DNA of 64,000 nt from Candidatus Latescibacterota bacterium (GTDB lineage: Bacteria; Latescibacterota; UBA2968; UBA8231), in contig OZ253462.1 of the NCBI GenBank assembly GCA_965261395.1, forward strand, positions 1,120,001 to 1,184,000, written 5' to 3'. Positions 1 to 8,969 of the stretch are shown here, one piece after another. Each line of letters begins with the position of its first letter. The stretch's first letter is position 1. The position numbers and the translations under genes are program-made. Under the pieces are notes generated by a model. The model worked only from the letters and a program-made list of their open reading frames with translations, did no database searches and was not told the origin of the DNA.

Positions 1-2959
1 GCGTCTCTTGAGCAATGCGGCCGATCAGGCTCTCAAACATGTCGTAGGCCCCCCGCTTGTATTCTATGAGGGGGTTTTTCCCGCCGACGCCGACAAAGCC
101 GATCCCGTCCTTGAGTTCGTCGATTTCGTAGAGGTGTTCCTGCCAGCACGTGTCGATGGTGTGCAGGGCGATGCTCTTCTCGACTTCGCGGAAGACCTCT
201 TCGCCGACGATGTCGATGCGGCGCTGATAGGCTTCGCGAACGGTGGCGAGTAGCTGCTGGCGCAGGGCATCGACGCTGGCGTGGGCGCGCTCGTCTTCGG
301 AGACAGTACAGCCTAAAAAGAAGGTGCTGCCAAATTCGGTTTGCAGGCCCTCCCAGTCCCACTCATCTGCCGGGTCGTCTGCATTGATATGCGAGGCCAA
401 GATGCCATCGACGCTCTCGTCGATCATGTCCTCGACTTGCTCGTGTGCGCTCTCGCGCTCTAGAAGATCGCGGCGGCGATTGTAGATGACCTGGCGTTGC
501 TGGTTCATGACATCGTCGTATTCGAGCACGTGCTTGCGCATCTCGAAGTTGCGGGCCTCGACCTTTTTTTGCGCCCGCTCAATTGACCGCGTGACCATGC
601 CGGCCTCGATGACCTCGCCCTCTTCGGCCCCGAGCTTATCCATGACGGCGGAGATGCGCTCCGAGCCGAAGATCCGCATCAGATCGTCCTCAAGAGACAG
701 GTAGAAGCGCGACGAACCGGGGTCGCCTTGGCGCCCCGAGCGGCCGCGTAGCTGGCGGTCAATGCGCCGCGCTTCGTGGCGCTCGGTGCCGATGACCTGT
801 AAGCCGCTGGGGTTTTCTTGCAGGTACTGGCGCAGGCCCTGGCCGGAAGGCAGCTTGTCGTCGAGGGTGAGGGCGGACTCGACGGTCTGGCGGTCGAGGT
901 GGACGACCTTGGGGGCCAGCTTAATGTCCGTACCGCGCCCGGCCATATTGGTGGCGATTGTGGCCGCACCTACTTGGCCGGCTTCGGCGACGATTTGGGC
1001 CTCTTTGTCGTGGTGGCGGGCGTTGAGTAGCTGGTGCTTGATGCCGCGTCGGCTGAGCATCCGGCTGAGCAACTCGGAGATCTCAACCGAGATGGTGCCG
1101 ACTAGTACCGGCAGGCCGAGCTGATGCAGGCGGTCAATCTCCTCGATGATCGCGTTGTACTTCTCGCGCTTGGTGCGGAATATCTGGTCCTCTTGGTCAA
1201 AGCGGCGAATCGGGCGGTTGGTGGGGATGACGGACACGTCGAGCTTGTAGATCTCCCACAGCTCGCTGGCCTCGGTCTCGGCCGTGCCGGTCATGCCGGC
1301 CAGCTTGTGGTACATGCGGAAGAGGTTCTGGACGGTGATGGTGGCCACGGTGCGGGTTTCGTCCTGTAGCCTCACCCCCTCTTTGGCCTCTAGCGCTTGG
1401 TGGAGGCCGTCGGCAAAGCGCCGACCGGGCTGCGGGCGGCCCGTGGCTTCATCGACGATGATCACCCGCCTATCTTCGGAGACGAGGTACTGCACATCCT
1501 TCTCGAAGAGGGTATAGGCTTTCATCAGTTGGTTGATGTTGTGTACCGCTTGGCTTTTCTCGGCGTACTCGCGGTGTCCATCCTCCTCCTTGCGGGCCTT
1601 TTCCTCAGCGCTTAGGTCCGGGTCGTTGCGGATGGCATCAACCTCGAGGCTGATGTCGGGCAGCACGAAGAGGGCCTGCTCGTTGGGGGAGAGCAGGTCG
1701 CGCCCCTTCTCGGTGAGGTCGATGGTGTTGCCCTTCTCATCGACGACGAAGTAGAGGCCCTCGTCAATATCGTTGAGGCGCTTGTCGCGCATGTAGTCGG
1801 CCTCGATCCGGTTGATCAGCCGCTTGACGCCTTCCTCTTGCAGAATTTTGGCCAGCCGACGATTGGTAGGAGCGCCACGGGTGGCCCTGAGTAGAGCAAT
1901 CCCAGTGTCGTAGTCGTACTCACCCGTTTCCTTGCCCACCTGCTCGGCCCCGGCGATGACCTTGTTGACCAAGTTGGTCTGGGCCCTCATAAGCCGCTCC
2001 ACGAGGGGGCGCATCTCTTTGTATTGATTGGTGGAGTCGGGGACGGCCCCGGAGAGGATGAGCGGGGTTCGCGCTTCGTCGATGAGGATCGAGTCGGCTT
2101 CATCGACGATGGCGTAGTTGAATTCGCGCTGCATCAGGTCTTCGAGCCGCACGGCCATATTGTCGCGCAGATAATCAAAGCCGACCTGGCTGTGATTAGC
2201 GTACACAATATCGGCCTGGTACGCGGCCTTGTGGTCGGTGCGCTCCCAGCGGAATTCCTCGAGCACACCCTCGGGCACTTGGAGCAGAAATGCCTCGGCA
2301 CCAGCCTGAAACACGTCTTGGATGATGCCCACCGACAGCCCCAGAAAATTGTATATCGGCCCCATCCACATGGCGTCGCGCCGGGCGAGGTATTCGTTGT
2401 GGGTAACGAGGTGGACCCCGCGTTGGGGTATGGCGTTGAGGAAGAGGGGCATCGTAGCCACTAAGGTCTTGCCCTCGCCGGTAGTCATTTCGGCGATCTT
2501 GCCTTGGTGCAGCGAGATGCCGCCGAAGATCTGCACGTCGTAGGGCACCATGTCCCACTCCACGGGTTCGCCGGCGCGGTCCCACTTGCGGCCCAAGAGT
2601 CGGCGGCAGGTCTCGACGATCATGGCAAAGGCTGCGGGCATGATTTCTTCGAGGAAGGCCGTTTCCACGTCGCGGATGGCGCTGTCCAGCGCTCCGTACT
2701 GGTCGTTGAGCCGCTCGCGCTCTTCAGGTTCTAGATCACCGCGCAGGCGCTCTTCGACTGCTTCGAGCTGCTGGCGGCTATCCGCGTTGCGCGCCCGCAG
2801 GTCTTGGCGGAAGGTCGCGGTTTTGGCCTGGAGCTGGGCATCGCTCAGAGATTGGTACGAAGCCGCTAGCTGGCTGATCTGGTCCACTTGTGGCAGAGTG
2901 CGCTTGAACTGGCGCGTAGCCTGCGAGCCAAGGAATTTTTTTACGAGCGAGTTGAGCAT
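1..2959 (-). CDS. secA: Preprotein translocase subunit SecA (3' end runs off the window)
   Basis: Manual translation from the ATG at 2959 gives MLNSLVKKFLGS...PYDVQIFGG..LHQGKIAEMTTGEGKTL...NEYLARRDA...DEADSILIDEARTPLILSG...TNMAGRGTDI...GTERHEARRIDRQLRGRSGRQGDPG. It is missing from the ORF track because there is no stop codon in the window. Confidence 0.97.
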   Translation of the reverse strand, partial: MLNSLVKKFLGSQATRQFKRTLPQVDQISQLAASYQSLSDAQLQAKTATFRQDLRARNADSRQQLEAVEERLRGDLEPEERERLNDQYGALDSAIRDVETAFLEEIMPAAFAMIVETCRRLLGRKWDRAGEPVEWDMVPYDVQIFGGISLHQGKIAEMTTGEGKTLVATMPLFLNAIPQRGVHLVTHNEYLARRDAMWMGPIYNFLGLSVGIIQDVFQAGAEAFLLQVPEGVLEEFRWERTDHKAAYQADIVYANHSQVGFDYLRDNMAVRLEDLMQREFNYAIVDEADSILIDEARTPLILSGAVPDSTNQYKEMRPLVERLMRAQTNLVNKVIAGAEQVGKETGEYDYDTGIALLRATRGAPTNRRLAKILQEEGVKRLINRIEADYMRDKRLNDIDEGLYFVVDEKGNTIDLTEKGRDLLSPNEQALFVLPDISLEVDAIRNDPDLSAEEKARKEEDGHREYAEKSQAVHNINQLMKAYTLFEKDVQYLVSEDRRVIIVDEATGRPQPGRRFADGLHQALEAKEGVRLQDETRTVATITVQNLFRMYHKLAGMTGTAETEASELWEIYKLDVSVIPTNRPIRRFDQEDQIFRTKREKYNAIIEEIDRLHQLGLPVLVGTISVEISELLSRMLSRRGIKHQLLNARHHDKEAQIVAEAGQVGAATIATNMAGRGTDIKLAPKVVHLDRQTVESALTLDDKLPSGQGLRQYLQENPSGLQVIGTERHEARRIDRQLRGRSGRQGDPGSSRFYLSLEDDLMRIFGSERISAVMDKLGAEEGEVIEAGMVTRSIERAQKKVEARNFEMRKHVLEYDDVMNQQRQVIYNRRRDLLERESAHEQVEDMIDESVDGILASHINADDPADEWDWEGLQTEFGSTFFLGCTVSEDERAHASVDALRQQLLATVREAYQRRIDIVGEEVFREVEKSIALHTIDTCWQEHLYEIDELKDGIGFVGVGGKNPLIEYKRGAYDMFESLIGRIAQET

Positions 2960-3060
2960 ACAAAATCCTCTTAGACTAGTACCATAGGGGTAGATCGGCT
3001 GCGATATTGGTTTGTAAGCATACGTGCGGACTGACGCTATGACCTCTACGCATTTTCAAC

Positions 3061-3528
3061 TCAGACGGCGAGCCCCTTCTGGCGCACGATACCGTCGAGG
3101 ACGCCATTGACGAAGGCATAGGACCTGTCGGTGCTGTAGGACTTGGCCAATTCGACAGCTTCAGAGATGGAGACCCGGACGGGAATTTCCTCGATAAATA
3201 GCATTTCGGCCAAGGCCAAGCGCAGGATTAAGCGGTCGATGCGGGCGATGCGCTCCCAGCGCCAGTGCTGGACCCGATCCGCTGCTAGCGCGTCCAATTC
3301 GTCTGCATGTTCGGCTGCGTGCTGCAAGAGTTCGGTTGCAAAGGATTGCACCTCTTGCGCCAAGCCAAAGCGCGCACAGAGCTGATCCAGTGCGCCGAGT
3401 GAGTTGGTCGCCGCGCTCTGCTCCCAGTACAGGGCCTGTAAGGCCACTTGGCGAGCGCCGTGGCGGTTGTTGGGAGGTGCCTCGTCGGCAGAGGTCCCAT
3501 CGCCAAAAAAATCGTCGTCGCCGCTCAT
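3061..3528 (-). CDS. nusB: Transcription antitermination factor NusB
   Basis: Motifs [33 protein letters not shown] and FVNGVLD; classic position directly after ribH. Confidence 0.95.
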   Translation of the reverse strand: MSGDDDFFGDGTSADEAPPNNRHGARQVALQALYWEQSAATNSLGALDQLCARFGLAQEVQSFATELLQHAAEHADELDALAADRVQHWRWERIARIDRLILRLALAEMLFIEEIPVRVSISEAVELAKSYSTDRSYAFVNGVLDGIVRQKGLAV

Positions 3529-3992
3529 CCTAACTCGGCCATCAAACTGGCCATTTCAACCGCGTTGAGTGCGGAGTCCCAGCCGCGATTGCCGGCCTTG
3601 ACACCCGCGCGCTGCACGGCCTGTTCGACCGTGTCGGCGGTGATGACGCCAAAGATCACCGGGATGCCGCTGTCGAGGCCGACGCGGGCGATTCCCTTGG
3701 CCGATTCGCCCGCTACGTAATCGAAATGAGGAGTATCGCTGCGGACGATCGCCCCTAAGCAGATAACGACGTCAAAGCGACCCGTGCCCGCTAGCTTCTG
3801 GGCGGCAATGGGTAGTTCAAAGGCACCGGGGACCCAGGCAATTTCTATGTCGCTGCCGTCGCCACCGTGTCGCTGGATGCAGTCCAACGCGCCGTCGAGG
3901 AGCCGGGTGGTCACCAAGTCGTTGAAGCGGCTGACTGCAATGCCAAATTTGCGGCCTCGGGCGTCGAGCTGTCCTTCATGCACTTTTGGCAT
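3525..3992 (-). CDS. ribH: 6,7-dimethyl-8-ribityllumazine synthase
   Basis: Motifs [34 protein letters not shown] and GNRG. Start placed at ATG 3992 behind a GAGGA RBS; the ORF track uses 4001. Confidence 0.96.
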   Translation of the reverse strand: MPKVHEGQLDARGRKFGIAVSRFNDLVTTRLLDGALDCIQRHGGDGSDIEIAWVPGAFELPIAAQKLAGTGRFDVVICLGAIVRSDTPHFDYVAGESAKGIARVGLDSGIPVIFGVITADTVEQAVQRAGVKAGNRGWDSALNAVEMASLMAELG

Positions 3993-5226
3993 GGCTGTCA
4001 TCCTCGGCGGCGGCGCGTTTGAGCAAGAGGGCGTGGCCCATCTTGTCGCGCTTGGTTGTTAGATAGCGGATATTGTGCGGGTTGGGAGCGGCCTCAATGG
4101 GCACTTGCTCGACGACGGTTAGGCCGTGGGCCTCCAAGCCGACCCGCTTTTTGGGATTGTTGGTCAAAAAGCGCACTCGGCGCAACCCTAGATCGTAGAG
4201 CACTTGGGCACCGATGCCGTAGTCGCGCGAGTCCATGGGGTGGCCGAGGGCGTGGTTGGCCTCAATCGTGTCGAGGCCCTGCTGCTGTTGCAGTTCGTAT
4301 GCTTTGAGCTTGTGCAAGATACCGATGCCGCGTCCCTCGTGGTGCTGAATATAGACGATTACGCCGTGCCCCTCGGCGGCAATGAGCTGCATGGATTGCG
4401 CTAGCTGTTCGCCGCAGTCGCACAGCAGCGAGCCGAGCGCGTCGCCGGTCAGACAACCCGAGTGCATGCGCACCAAGATGTCGCGGCCGTCGGCAACCTC
4501 GCCGTACACGAGGGCGAGGTACGGGTTGTCGTCAACCAAGCTGCGGTACGCATAGGCTGTGAATTCGCCGTAGCGGGTCGGCATGGGCGACTGGGCCTCT
4601 AGATGAATCAGTTTCTCGGTGCGTCGGCGATGGGCAATCAGATCGTGGATGGTGGTAATCTTAAGGTCGTGTTCGCGCGCGAAGTGGAGCAGGTAGGGAG
4701 CGTCGGCTAGCGCGCCCGCTTCGTCGAGGATGGCAGCGATCAAGGCCACGGGCTGGCAATCGGCCATCTGCGCTAGATCGACCGAGGCTTCGGTGTGGCC
4801 GGCGCGGCGCAACACCCCGCCCGGTTGGGCTTGGAGCGGCGTGACGTGCCCAGGCTGGACGAAGTCTTCGGGCGCACTGTCGGGGTCGGCTAGTTTGCGA
4901 ATAGTCGCGGCGCGGTCCTGTGCCGAGACGCCAGTGCCCTCGATGGCGCGGGCATTGACCGAGACCATGATCGAGGCGTCCATCGGCTCGTGGGCCTTGG
5001 AAACCTGCATATGCAGTTCGAGGGCCTTGAGGTGCGTGCTAGCGGCGGCGACCACGGGCGGGCTGCTGGCGCAGCGCGTCATGAAGTTGACCGAGGCGGC
5101 GGTGGCCCGCTCGGCGAGCATCACCAACACGCCCTCACCCACGGCTTCGCACTCGTCGACGAGCACGACCATGCGGCCGCTTTGCAGGTCCTCGACGACT
5201 TCTTCGATGGTGTTAAAATCTAGCAT
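3976..5226 (-). CDS. ribBA: Bifunctional RibB/GTP cyclohydrolase II (RibBA); RibB domain appears degenerate
   Basis: The C-terminal GCH II motifs [24 protein letters not shown] and TNNPKK are intact. The N-terminal RibB fold ([17 protein letters not shown]) has an altered acidic loop. Confidence 0.93.
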   Translation of the reverse strand: MLDFNTIEEVVEDLQSGRMVVLVDECEAVGEGVLVMLAERATAASVNFMTRCASSPPVVAAASTHLKALELHMQVSKAHEPMDASIMVSVNARAIEGTGVSAQDRAATIRKLADPDSAPEDFVQPGHVTPLQAQPGGVLRRAGHTEASVDLAQMADCQPVALIAAILDEAGALADAPYLLHFAREHDLKITTIHDLIAHRRRTEKLIHLEAQSPMPTRYGEFTAYAYRSLVDDNPYLALVYGEVADGRDILVRMHSGCLTGDALGSLLCDCGEQLAQSMQLIAAEGHGVIVYIQHHEGRGIGILHKLKAYELQQQQGLDTIEANHALGHPMDSRDYGIGAQVLYDLGLRRVRFLTNNPKKRVGLEAHGLTVVEQVPIEAAPNPHNIRYLTTKRDKMGHALLLKRAAAEDDSHAKSA

Positions 5227-5229
5227 TAC

Positions 5230-5859
5230 TCAGTATCCCATATCGCGCAAATCTTCAAAGCTGAGCTGGGGTTGTCCGCCGAGCAAACGCTCGACATAAC
5301 GGGCGATCACATCGACTTCGAGGTTGACAGAATCAGCGGCGCGCCGCTGGCTAAGCGTCGTATTATCAAATGTATGCGGTATGACCGCAACCGTAAAGGC
5401 ATCGCCGCCGACCTCGGCCACCGTCAGGCTGATGCCGTCGAGGGCTACCGAGCCTTTGGCGGCGATGTAGCGGGCGAGCGGCTGCGGCGGCTCGATCTCG
5501 AAGCGATGCTCCCCGTCGCGCTCCGTGCGCCGGCGAATGTGGGCGACCCCATCGACGTGCCCCAAGACGAGGTGGCCGCCGAGCCGCTGGTCGGCGCGGA
5601 GGGCGCGCTCTAGGTTGACTGCTTGCCCGATGCCGAGGGTGCCCAAGGTCGTGCGGGCGAGCGTTTCGGCGACCGTCTCGACCGCAAAGCTGCTCTCTCT
5701 TATGGCCACGGCGGTCTGGCAAGCCCCATCGATATTGACGCTGTCCCCCACCTGCAAGCCAGCGAGAACGCGCTTGGCCTCGATCTCCAACTGCTGGAAC
5801 GCGCCTCGGCGCACGCGGCCGCGCACGCTCCCGAGTTCCTCTATGAGTCCGGTGAACAA
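5230..5859 (-). CDS. ribE: Riboflavin synthase alpha chain
   Basis: MFTGLIEE N-terminus, plus GDSVNIDGACQT, VNLERA, GGHLVLGHVDG and KGSVALDGISLT. Confidence 0.96.
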   Translation of the reverse strand: MFTGLIEELGSVRGRVRRGAFQQLEIEAKRVLAGLQVGDSVNIDGACQTAVAIRESSFAVETVAETLARTTLGTLGIGQAVNLERALRADQRLGGHLVLGHVDGVAHIRRRTERDGEHRFEIEPPQPLARYIAAKGSVALDGISLTVAEVGGDAFTVAVIPHTFDNTTLSQRRAADSVNLEVDVIARYVERLLGGQPQLSFEDLRDMGY

Positions 5860-6938
5860 GTGTATTGTACCTCAGCCGTATAGAGCAGGTCGGGGCCCAG
5901 CCACTGGGTGCGGCTGGACCCTAGGCGAATGGCGTCGGCCGCGCGCTCGACTCCCAAGTCGCCAATGGCAGCGACCCCCTCGCCCATCAGCCGCGGTGCG
6001 AGGTAGAGCAGGACTTGGTCAACGACGCGGTCGCCGAGTGCGGCAGCGGCCAACTGGCCGCCGCCTTCGATGAGGACGCTGGTCATGCCCTCTCGCGCCA
6101 TGCGCCCAAGGGGCAGGCGCAGGTCGATGCGCCCGGCAGATGCCGGAAAAGTCCAAATCTCGGCCCCTTGGGCCTCGTAGGCTCGGTGCTTGTCGGTGGG
6201 CGTGTCCTCTGCGGTGACGAGCACGGCGCCGGGCCGCTGATAGACGCGAGCCTTGGGCGAGGTGCGCAAGCGCCCGTCTATGACGATGGGTCGCGGGTCG
6301 CGCCCTGGCACGTGGCGCACCGTCAAGAGGGGATCGTCGGCTTGCACCGTGCCCGCGCCCACGGCCACGGCATCGACCCAAGAGCGCCAGCGATGGACGT
6401 GTCGCCGCGCTCGGTCACCGGTGATCCAACGCGCATCACCGCTGCGCGCCGCAATGCGACCGTCGAGGGTCTGCGCCAGCTTGAGCAGGACCAAGGGCAG
6501 GTTTTGGGTGCGGTGTTTGATGTAGGCCGCGTTGAGGCGGCGCGCCTCTTCAGCGCAAAGCCCGACGTCGATGGCGACGCCCTTTTCGCGCAGCGCGGCG
6601 ATTCCCTGCCCAGCCACGCGCTCGTCGGGGTCTTCTATCGCGCAGTAGAGCCTTTTAATGCCAGCGCGAAGCACCGCTTCGGTACAGGGCGGGGTGCGGC
6701 CGTGGAAGGAGCAGGGCTCCAGCGTGACATAGAGATCGGCCCCCCGCGCCTCGTCGCCGGCCCGACGCAGGGCGTGGACCTCGGCATGGGGGCCGCCGAC
6801 CTTCAGGTGAGCCCCTTCGCCGACGATGCAGTCCCCGCGCACCACCACCGCGCCAACCATGGGATTGGGGCTTACTTTGCCCCGCCCTCGCTGCGCTAAT
6901 CGCAGGGCGCGGCGCATGTATTGCGCGGGCTGGTTCAC
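5841..6938 (-). CDS. ribD: Bifunctional diaminohydroxyphosphoribosylaminopyrimidine deaminase/reductase
   Basis: Motifs PNPMVG, HAE, TLEPCSFHGRTPPC, DDPLLTVR and IEGGG. Confidence 0.96.
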   Translation of the reverse strand: MNQPAQYMRRALRLAQRGRGKVSPNPMVGAVVVRGDCIVGEGAHLKVGGPHAEVHALRRAGDEARGADLYVTLEPCSFHGRTPPCTEAVLRAGIKRLYCAIEDPDERVAGQGIAALREKGVAIDVGLCAEEARRLNAAYIKHRTQNLPLVLLKLAQTLDGRIAARSGDARWITGDRARRHVHRWRSWVDAVAVGAGTVQADDPLLTVRHVPGRDPRPIVIDGRLRTSPKARVYQRPGAVLVTAEDTPTDKHRAYEAQGAEIWTFPASAGRIDLRLPLGRMAREGMTSVLIEGGGQLAAAALGDRVVDQVLLYLAPRLMGEGVAAIGDLGVERAADAIRLGSSRTQWLGPDLLYTAEVQYTCSPDS

Positions 6939-8965
6939 TTGACTTGGACGACGATTTGCCGCACGCCGATGTTGTCGAGGACGTCAATGGCCCGCACGAC
7001 AATGACGTGCTCGCCCGCGTCCAGCCCTTCGACGGCAAAGCGCGCCTTTTCGCCGCGGCTGTCAAAGACGCCGTCCAACGGCGCGATGGGGTGTTGTTGT
7101 TCGTCGTAGTCAATGGTGTAATAGGCTTTTTGCACCGCTGAGATACGGTCGCTAATCGCCACTTCGACGACGGCACCATCGGCGCTGGTCTGCGCGTCGA
7201 GCGCAACGGTGGGCGGGCTGTTGTCGATGGCGAAGGGCGCGCTTTCGCGCTCGTCGCGCAGGCGTTCAGTCGCTGGGTTGTCCATGCGATCGGAGGCCAC
7301 CAGTTTGAGCTGGGTCTGGCCTTCGGGCATGGATTCAGTGTCCCAGACGATTGAGGTGTGCGCGATGTTCTCTTCGACCAGCTTCCACGCTTGCTGATCC
7401 TCGCCCTTGAGATAGAGGTCGTACACCAGCTCGTCCTCGTTGGGATCTTGGGCCTGCCAGCGCACTAGACGCAGGCTTTTGGCTTGAGGGGGCCGATGGT
7501 TGCGCCGCCCTTGGCCAGCTTGAGGTGCGCCTTGGGGTTGGCCGCCGTTGCCGGATTGTTGCGGCCGGAAGGGAAAGGTTTGCAATTCGGTGATGCGGGG
7601 CTTGAGGTTGACTTGGACGCCGCGGATTTCGACCGAGCTGAGCCGGGGCGTGACCCCGTCGCGCTCAGATTCCATCTCGACCCGGTACTGGATAAAGCGA
7701 GCGGGGGGACTGGCAATGGTTTGGCCACTCTCGGTCAGGGGCTCAGACCACGCGCTCCAGGTCTTGTCCGGCTCTTCGCTGTTGCCGGTGCGCGTCTGCA
7801 CGGTGATGCGGGTATCTGCGGGTTGGGTGCCGCGCCATTCGAGCGCCCCCCACCGCGCGTGGATGGCAAAGTCCTCGACCGCTGATTCAAAGTGCCCCTT
7901 GTGACGGCCCTTCTCGGGCAGGGTAGAAACGGCGGCATTTTGCGCCCCGCCCAAGAGTAGCGCGCCGTCTTGCCCGAACAAGAGGCAGCTGGGAACGAAG
8001 CTCTCGAATTGCACGACCAACGCCCGGCGGCCATCGGCGCTGAGGCGCAAAAGCCGCGCTGGGTTGGAGGCGCTGAGCAGCAGGCGCTCGCCGGCCGCAA
8101 CGAGATTGACGACTGGGGCTTCGGTATCCTCCCAGATGGGATAGACCGCCCCTTCTGCTCCGATTCGGTACACGGCAGCCGGGACCTTGTGGGAATTTTC
8201 GCCCTTGCTTGGCGCGGGAATCGCGCTGGCGAACATCTCCCCGTTGATGCCTGCCACTAGGTTGTGAATTTCTTCTTGCTCGCTTTCAAAAAGCAGCCGC
8301 CCGCGGCCCTCGCCGTTGATCTCGTAGATGCGGCCCTTGCCGGCCGTGCCGGCGTACAAGCGGTCGCCGTGGGCAAGCAGGGTTATAACGTGGCGATCTT
8401 CTGGAGCAAAGAAGACTTCGTGCGACCCATCTTTGGCAACTTTGAGCACTCGGCCGGGTTCGCCCGTGGCTGCGTAGAGCTGGCCGTCGACTAGGGCGAA
8501 GTCCCACACGTAGTGGCTGCCGGTCTGGAGCAGGGTTTCCGCCTGCCCCTCGGCGTCGAGCGCGTAGATTAGGCCGTCGGGGGCCGAGCCAGCGTAGAGC
8601 CGCCCGTCGGGGCCAGCGATCAGGGCGTGGAGGACGAGTTCGGGCGAGTCGAACAGCAACTCGGCTTGCCCCTTGTCATCGATGGCAAAGAGCCGGCCCG
8701 AGTCACCGGTGCCCACGTAGAGACCCCCCTTGGGGTTGGGTGCCATGGACCAGACGCGCTCGGCATCTAATGATGCTAGCTCGACGAGCGCGGGCGCTAG
8801 CTCCAGTGCGCCGTCCGCGGCAATGGAAATGCCTTCGCTCTCGCCTTCGGCAAAATCGTCGTACGCGTGCTGCTGCCAAGCCTTGGCGCGCCCCGCTTCG
8901 GTTGCGCTGACCGCTGACAATACCAAGAAAAACGAAAGTAGGGCGCGGGTCGTAGTGCGTATCAT
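6935..8965 (-). CDS. Secreted beta-propeller (WD40/NHL-like) protein with C-terminal beta-sandwich domains
   Basis: Signal peptide; repeated blades (LYVGTG..G.L, LYAGSA, LYAATG, LYAGTA); QTRTG...WSAWS...SPPARFIQ module; IDNSPP Ig/Fn3-like tail. Confidence 0.75.
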   Translation of the reverse strand: MIRTTTRALLSFFLVLSAVSATEAGRAKAWQQHAYDDFAEGESEGISIAADGALELAPALVELASLDAERVWSMAPNPKGGLYVGTGDSGRLFAIDDKGQAELLFDSPELVLHALIAGPDGRLYAGSAPDGLIYALDAEGQAETLLQTGSHYVWDFALVDGQLYAATGEPGRVLKVAKDGSHEVFFAPEDRHVITLLAHGDRLYAGTAGKGRIYEINGEGRGRLLFESEQEEIHNLVAGINGEMFASAIPAPSKGENSHKVPAAVYRIGAEGAVYPIWEDTEAPVVNLVAAGERLLLSASNPARLLRLSADGRRALVVQFESFVPSCLLFGQDGALLLGGAQNAAVSTLPEKGRHKGHFESAVEDFAIHARWGALEWRGTQPADTRITVQTRTGNSEEPDKTWSAWSEPLTESGQTIASPPARFIQYRVEMESERDGVTPRLSSVEIRGVQVNLKPRITELQTFPFRPQQSGNGGQPQGAPQAGQGRRNHRPPQAKSLRLVRWQAQDPNEDELVYDLYLKGEDQQAWKLVEENIAHTSIVWDTESMPEGQTQLKLVASDRMDNPATERLRDERESAPFAIDNSPPTVALDAQTSADGAVVEVAISDRISAVQKAYYTIDYDEQQHPIAPLDGVFDSRGEKARFAVEGLDAGEHVIVVRAIDVLDNIGVRQIVVQVK

Positions 8966-8969
8966 TAGA

